Under the pieces are notes generated by a model that did not search any database, had not been told where the DNA came from, and saw nothing but the letters and a program-made list of their open reading frames with translations. From the human T2T-CHM13v2.0 reference genome, Homo sapiens: DNA of 64,000 nucleotides. The position numbers and the translations under genes are program-made. This document shows, piece after piece, positions 56,768 through 64,000 of this stretch. Within the stretch, counting starts at the first letter, position 1. Every line of letters begins with the position of its first letter. The stretch lies in assembly GCF_009914755.1 (NCBI RefSeq), contig NC_060929.1; one strand, given 5' to 3'.

Positions 56768-57499
56768 AAATAGAACATAATTTTACTAGTATTTCTAATT
56801 ATGTATTTTATTTCCATTTTTGAATGTTCTTTGCAATAAATTTTAGTTTTATCTTGATCTTGTGCCCTATAAACATGATAAACAACATTATATTTATTGG
56901 CATTTTTGTATATTTGACCAAAGTTTCTATTTAGTTTATATAAATACTCTGAATTAAGTTGGTATTACTTCTTCATTTCCAATCTGTATGCATTTTTTTC
57001 CTTTTTTCTTGCTTTACCTTGAGAAAGGGTATAAATGGGGAAAAGGCAAGTTGCTTCAATACCCAACTTTCTCTTTCTACTTAATTTCTCATGTGGTTAC
57101 TAGCCTGATATTCTTTCCAGCGGTAGGAGCCAATCTATTTCATTTTTATTTAATGTTTAAATTTGGTCTCCTAAAATTTTTAATAAATACACCAATGTAG
57201 AAAAAGATAATACTTTTTTTTTCTTGCCGCAGAGATTCAATATCCACATTATATGCTGAAAAACTGACCTGGGAACCCTCAGGAAAATGTTACTTTTCAG
57301 CACTTTTGTGGGATTCGTTATCTCTTGTTACAGCATACAAAAGTTATGTTCCATCCTGGATCTTGGTGGTTTCTCCCATAATTTGAGAAAAATACTAGAC
57401 TTTTGGCAAACTAAGGGAGAAGGAAAATGCAAATGCTTTGAACATAGGAATAATAAGGCAGCCAAAGGGTATGTGTCATAATACATCCTGGGATGAATC

Positions 57500-58340
57500 T
57501 GAGGTCACACAGGCTAAGCAGACGTAGAACATGTCAGGTTTAGCAATCATTATAAAGAGTTGAAGTTACATTTTTATCAGGGAGATGGCTTTGAGGATTT
57601 TAAATGAAGACAAATATAGGTTCTAATTTATGTTAAAATTTCAATTCTAAGATTTGATGAAGAATGGATATCAGGGCAGCAACAATGAGAGTGAGGAGAT
57701 CAGAACTAAGCTATTGGAAGAGATGGTGAACTGTCTATTGCTATGGTAATAGAATTGAAAAGAAAAAGATTAAGAATTCTTTTAATGATAAAACAAAGGT
57801 ATTTACTGATGAATTGGATTTAGAATGTAGGCAAAAGTGGGAAATCATGGGTAAATTTTGCATTTTGGATGATGCATTGAATGGCTGATGATACTACTTA
57901 CTGATATGGAAGAGAACTATGCATGAGTTCGATCTAGAAGAAAGGACGAGATTACTGTTTTAATGTGCTAGGTTTCAAATACTAAATTAGAAATGCAAGT
58001 GGAGGGATTATGAATGAAACTGGTTAAAAAAATTAAAGTGCAGGATAGAGGATATAGTTATAAATCTGAGAATTGAAAAAAAATGGGATTTGATAATATT
58101 GAGAAAAAACTTAAATAGAGAATAGGGAGTTAGACCAGGCTTTCATCATCAATAACAGGCCTGTGTAACAAAATAAGAAGCAGGGGTCAGTATGTCAGAA
58201 AATCCAAGCAAAGAAAGTATCTTCTACATTAAATGTCACTGATAGATAATATACAATGAGGTCAAGGGAGTATTTATTTTTTGGCAACACTGAGCTAATG
58301 GACGACTTTTCTAAGAATGAGTTTAGTAGCATGATAGAGA
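57500..58340 (-). mobile_element. L2 LINE fragment
   Basis: ttgaggattttaa, atttactgatgaattggat, atgtgctaggtttcaaat, atccaagcaaagaaagtat, acaatgaggtcaag. Confidence 0.7.
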
Positions 58341-58612
58341 AATAAGTCATTCTTGGGTAGGTGGAATACTGTCTGATGAAAAAATACTTTTTCACTGGTT
58401 TCTAAATGCATTTATTTACAGCTATTTATGTTAAATATTTCTTCATCAATTTCTCAATAATTTGAAAATTCCTTTATTTCTAAATATTGTTTGATCAATT
58501 CTTGGTATTTATTTTAGCAAACTATCAGAATCCGAAGAATTACAATTATTGGAGCCTGCAGAATCAAATTTGATATATCAAAATAAGAGCTAACAAACCC
58601 TTGGTATACGTC

Positions 58613-58708
58613 TTGTCAGGCTGGCTTCAAACTCCTGATCGCAGGTGATCCATCCACCTAGGCCTCCCAAAGTGCTAGGATTACAGGCGTGAGCCACTGT
58701 GCCTGGCC
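58613..58708 (-). mobile_element. Alu left-arm 5' fragment with no tail
   Basis: caggtgatccatccacctaggcctcccaaagtgctaggattacaggcgtgagccactgtgcctggcc. Confidence 0.92.
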
Positions 58709-61149
58709 CACCAATGACTACTTTTGAAAAGGGATATAATGCCCATATTGACTTGGGTAGATCGGATTTTTTAAATTATTCGCTGCTGAGGTATAATTTA
58801 GAATATTAGGTGAACAAAAGTTGAATGACGATGTAACCAATTAATGGTTATGAGCAATTAACATTGTGTAAGTGAACAGCAACAACAACAAAACAAACTA
58901 ATTTAACATTAGAAAAATTAGAATAGAATTATTAGGAAGAAAAACAACATTAATTACATTATATTTTGTTGTGTTCTTCAATCAATCATGAGAATGATGC
59001 TCTTAGCCAATGCACACTTAAAAATATTAAATATTTCAATTTTAATTATGAAAGAAATAAACTTTTGATATTATTATAAATATTTTTGACATGCTTTTTT
59101 GTATACTTAGGAGTTGCGTATACTATTCACAGTGGAGAGTATGCATTATCACAATGCTGTTTTTCATCCTATACTCAGATGCCTCCAACTTCCTCCCACA
59201 AAAATACTTTGCTTTGCTATTTACAGCAGTTAATAAGGCAGTCAATAAGATCAAGATTAATTCTGGGAATTAAAGTTTGGGAGTAATATAAGGGATTTTG
59301 CAGCTGCCACTGTGTACTCCTTTGTATAATTATAACTTTAATTTTGCTCTGCATTTCAGAACAAGGACTTCTTTTTTTTCTAAATTATAAGAACTAAAAA
59401 CAGTCCAGTTTTGACAAGTCATGTTATTATATTCTTATAGACTCTTTCTGGAATCTATTCTTTAGTATCAGGGAGAATTGAGTGTACTGGTCCTTTGGGA
59501 GGGCTTTTTATGATTCTTTTGTGTCTAAAAGAAATTATGAATAGTGTTTTCCTCATTTCTTTCATTTTCAACTACATTTCATAAGGCTGGATAAGCATAA
59601 TTTTTTTCCAGCTGTTTCTATGACTGCTTATTTTTTTAAGCACAGTGTTTGCAGCACTGATTTCTAATTCATAGAAAATTCAGTGTGCATTGTTCTTACT
59701 CAGTATGCATATAACTAAAAGAGACTAAATTGGTTTTAGAAAGTTTAGGTACTTAAAACTCTGATGATATATGTGAGCCTGTGTTAATCATTAAGATAAA
59801 GGAAAATGCATTTTTGCAAATGTTCTCTTTTTCTGCATTAGTCCTTCTTTAAAAAATTTTTATGGATAAGGATAGTTTGTTTTCTTAAAACGACAAAAAT
59901 TAAGTAGTCCTCAGTTGTACAGAATAGATTTGCACTGTGGTCACAATAAGAACAAAGTTTAAAAAATACAATTTATTATGTAAAATTTTGGCTTTCTTGA
60001 AAAATTATTATTAAAATCACAGAAATAATAGTTAAGTATATTGATATCTGTGATGTTATTGGCACAAACTTCCAGTTCCATTAAGTCAGTTCAAAATCAA
60101 TTTGTTTGCCTTAAAAAGTGAAAATCTTAGATTATTTCTTATTTTATTTTTCTTGAGAAAGTAGTATACACAATATACAAGTGGACTTTAATCAGTAATA
60201 ATAATCACTAATAATTTAGTTGAAGTCTTATCAGTTTTTACCCAGTATACTACTCCTACCAACTCCACATTGGTTTGACTTCTCATTATTTTTGGATATT
60301 CTCCTGTCCTCATGTGTTCTCCATGTTTCCTCCTCCATTTTTTACTTAAAATAACTTGAATTTGAGAATGTGGTAAAAATCATTTCTCATTAAGATGAAA
60401 TGAGATAATCCATTCAAAACAATTGATTTAATATTAGCATATCGTAGGCATTATATAAAATGTTGCTAATATTATGTTGAATTTTCCTTTTTGCCTTCTA
60501 TTGGAATAATAGTTCTCTGTGCTGGACTTCAATCTATACTTTAATAACATTATAAGATTCTCTAGCTAACTTCAATCAGAAAATTTTGTGAAATGAATTA
60601 GGTTCAACAATGTATTTCTAGATTATCAAATACACGGAGACATAGACTAAAAAGAGCCCCATAATTATCCTTGTAAGGTCTATGTTGTTGAAATCTAATG
60701 TACACCTCAAAACCTCAGTTAGTTTCTTTGTGGTCCCTTGCTTTTAATTTTTAAAAATGTGAGAAAGATCCAGTAGAGTGGGAGAGTTTCAATATATTAT
60801 ATTTTAAGAGAAATTAAAAAATAGTTTTTAGTAATGAAATCTAAAACACTGGGGTAGGTATTTGAACAGAAATAGGGCTATCTTTTTTACTAAGTGAATT
60901 GGAAATAACTGTATAATTTGTAAAATGAGTAAATTTCAATCAGATCATTACTATTTTCTAGGTATGTAACAGTGAAAAAGGGAATTGGAAATATTCGTGG
61001 ATATTCAGAGAAAATTAATAGATTATTTGGAGTTGCCATAATCTAGTTATAATAAATCTACTCATATGTCCACATTGGTAGTTGTTTGACTTTCTCTAGC
61101 AGTACCAGGTTACTCTGCTTTAAGAATGGACAAAACAGAAAGTTGAATT

Positions 61150-62260
61150 CATTCAGGAATTGGAATTTATTCAAGTTGTGAAACAAAATGAAAGAGTGGT
61201 TAGAGAGTTTGGATTAATGGAAAGATATTTCTGAAATGATAGACCAAGAAATCTGAGATTAATGATGAGAGACATGAGGAAAATGAATGGATGTAGTGAA
61301 AGTGGAGTAGTCTGAACAAGGTTGTAGAACAGTTGAAGTGGAAAAACTGAGTGGAAACAGATTGAAAGCTAAATGTTTATATGTAGAGTGGAATGTTTGC
61401 ATGAGCAGTCTTGAAGATGGAAGCAAGACAACTGGTAAAATTCAAGTTATGATTTTGGTATGTTTTCTTATTTGAATCAAAGAGAAAAATCTTTATGCAT
61501 GAAAAATTTGAATATCAAAAAGTCCTGAGTTTTACAGGTTATCCCATGTGTACTGAAATCACCAGGATAAAACATGCAAAAGAGAGCAATGCTTTAAATC
61601 AAGTGGCAAAGCTTTCTCTTGCTCTGTCCCTCTTTCTTTCTTTCATTTCTGTTCTTTACTTGTCTATTACTGTTATTTAATAAATAAGAAGAAGTTCCCC
61701 ATATGTTGGTAGAGAATGATAACATGCTTGCCTTCATTGATAAACTGCAGAAATCTCAAAACATCTATTGTTAGGAAAAAATAGATGCCAAAAGTCTATT
61801 TGAATAAATGAGGATCACATAGTTTATCAAGCCTCCCTCCTGCACTGAGAGTCATAGGGATATAGGAAACAAACAGCCATCATATGAAAGCCCTCAATGA
61901 AAAGTGCCATCAGGTTTGCAGATTGGTTTATAGGTAAAAGAAGAGGAGCTACAGAGTGTGCTTAGATCAATTGAGATCATAAGGAAGATTGCTTACACGA
62001 TGTTCACATAGTAAAGTCTGAGAGCTGAAGAGATATGATGAGATCAATAGTGGGACTATGCTGGCACATTAAGGTTTTGGCTGATGAAAGGAAGGTGATT
62101 ATAAGAGAAACTCTTAGTCCTAAAGGTCACTTGGAGGAAAGATAGCTCTGACCCAGTGCAAAGTTCCATTGGCGAGAGTCATGGTAGATCTGTGTATAGG
62201 ATATACAAGCAAAACAGAACAGAATCATGTGATCCGTAGCTATTTTTTCCCATACTCCAG
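61150..62260 (-). mobile_element. Probable highly degraded L2 fragment
   Basis: Purine-rich body with atgtgtactgaaatcaccagga, as recalled for L2 antisense. Confidence 0.45.
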
Positions 62261-62796
62261 AAGACAGCTTAAAGTAGTAGAAAGAATAAGGGATTTGACA
62301 TACTACTCACCTTGATTACAATCTCAGTTCTTGCATATATTATGAGTATGGGATACAGGTTACTGTGAGGATTAGAAATACTGTATAAATAGTATTTGTT
62401 TCTTAGAGATATTCTTCTTCTCTTTTTCCTGGATTTTGAGGAAATCTGTGGGTTAGGGAAACCAGATAGCCTGATGCTATACCAGCTCTGCAAAGTGAAC
62501 TCTCAGACATTGTTGAGCCAGTGGAAACAATAGCTTGTAACTTCTCTAATTTTCAAAACTCTGTACCTATCTCCTGCTAATCACAGGAAATCTATGTTTT
62601 TCTTAAATTATTTCTTGTGTTTGCCCTGAACACGTAGTACAAATTCTTTACATCTGCAGAATTGCAAAAGCTACTTTTGTAACTACTAAAATTATTGCAT
62701 TACAATGATTTTTCTCTGACTGAATAAGCACATATGATAATTATTTCTGAATGAATCTTCTGAATCCAGAATCATTTGTTTATGCTTTCCATATGT

Positions 62797-62982
62797 ATGT
62801 GGTCCCTAAACTTTAGTACTGACCAAACATCTGAGGTGCTTCCTTAAAATACAAATAGCTGGATCAAACTCCAGAGACTCAGATTCAGGAAATCTGGGTT
62901 TGGTGCCTGGAATTTGCAACTTTTACAACATCACAGATAATTCTAGTGTAATCTATCTATGGAATACATTTTGAGAAACTGA
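62797..62982. mobile_element. MER5A-type hAT MITE
   Basis: gtggtccctaaacttt, ccagagactcagattcaggaaatctggg, ggaatttgca, ttttgagaaactg. Confidence 0.8.
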
Positions 62983-63089
62983 GTCCTCAACCTACTGTAA
63001 TTCTAAAGTTAAATTGAAAAGGCCATGCTTCCTCTATTTTTGAGAAAAATAAATTTATTGATCCAACTAACTGTCCTAAACTTTAAGAC

Positions 63090-63921
63090 TGTATTAATTC
63101 TTTCCATCTATGAGCATGAGATGGCTTTCTATTTGTTTTTGTCCTCTTCAGTTTCTTTTATCTGTGTTTTATAGTTTCCCTTTATAGAGATCTTTCACCT
63201 CCTTAGTTCAATTTATTCCTCAGTATTTTATTTACTTTTTGTGTGGCTATTTTCAATAAGATTGATTTCTTATTCAGCTTGATTTCTTATTCAGCTAGTT
63301 TGAAATTAGTGTATAGAAGTGCCACTGATTATTTTATTAATTAATTTTGTATCCTGCAACTTTACTGAATTTGTTTATCAGTTTTGAGAGATTCCTGGCA
63401 CAGTCTAAGTTTTTCTATATATAAGAGCATGTCATCTGTAAAGAGGAAAGATTTGCCTACCTCTTTTCCAGTTTGGATGCCCTTTATTTCTTTCTCTTGC
63501 CTAATTTATCTGGCTACAATTTCTAGTATTATATTGAATAAGAGTGGTGAAAGACATGAATGCAAATCAGATCCAAATGAGATATCATCTTACTCTGTTT
63601 GGAATGGCTATTGTCAAAAAGACAAAAGCTAATGAATGCTGGCAAGGATGAAGAACAAAGGGAATTCCTATTCACTGCTGATAGAAATGTAAATTAGAAT
63701 AACAATTACGGAAAACAATATGGAGATTTCTTTTAAAAAAATTAAAAATAGAACTATTATACAATCCAGCAATCCCACTGCTAGGTATTTATCCAAAGGA
63801 AGGGAAATCAGTGTATCAAAGGATATGTGCACCCCCATGTTTATCACAGCACTATTAACAATAGCTAAGATATGGATTTAACCTAAATGTCTATCAATGA
63901 ATAAATGAAGTAAGAAAATGT
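63090..63921 (+). mobile_element. L1PB/L1MA-type LINE-1 with an inversion: 63090-63557 antisense, 63558-63921 sense
   Basis: Antisense ttttgtatcctgcaactttactgaat...gagtggtgaaag switches to sense atgcaaatcagatccaaatgagatatcatc. Confidence 0.85.
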
Positions 63922-64000
63922 GGTGTCTGGTTTTCGGTCCTTGTGATAGTTTGCTCAGAATGATGGTTTCCAGCTTCATAGGTGGGAACTGAACAATGAG
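63922..64000 (+). mobile_element. Younger L1PA 3' fragment with a short 5' inversion; runs off the window
   Basis: Antisense ggtgtctggttttcggtccttgtgatagtttgctcagaatgatggtttccagcttcat, then sense ataggtgggaactgaacaatgag. Confidence 0.85.

Overview
This is AT-rich, CpG-depleted primate genomic DNA (AluY, L1PA, THE1 and MADE1 are present), most likely a gene desert or deep intron. I cannot support any cellular protein-coding gene, tRNA, rRNA or CRISPR array. Every ORF with a recognisable product is a broken retroelement fragment. The window is a layered record of transposable-element insertions. (1) A complete THE1A MaLR provirus (TSD GATAC) sits in an old L1 and is itself split by a deleted tRNA-Pro-primed ERV1 provirus (TSD GCTT). 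(2) An L1PA7-like element with a twin-priming 5' inversion and a 240-bp in-frame tandem duplication sits inside an internally deleted L1PA13-16-like element. (3) An MLT2A solo LTR sits inside an AluJ (TSD CCACT). (4) Two heavily decayed ERVL-class pol relics, missed by the ORF track, lie in opposite orientation and could be halves of one inverted provirus. (5) Two more inverted L1s lie at the right edge, and there are several local tandem duplications and microsatellites. I found no convincing previously undescribed biological system. Subfamily names come from my recall of consensus sequences, not from a database search, and old-element boundaries are approximate.
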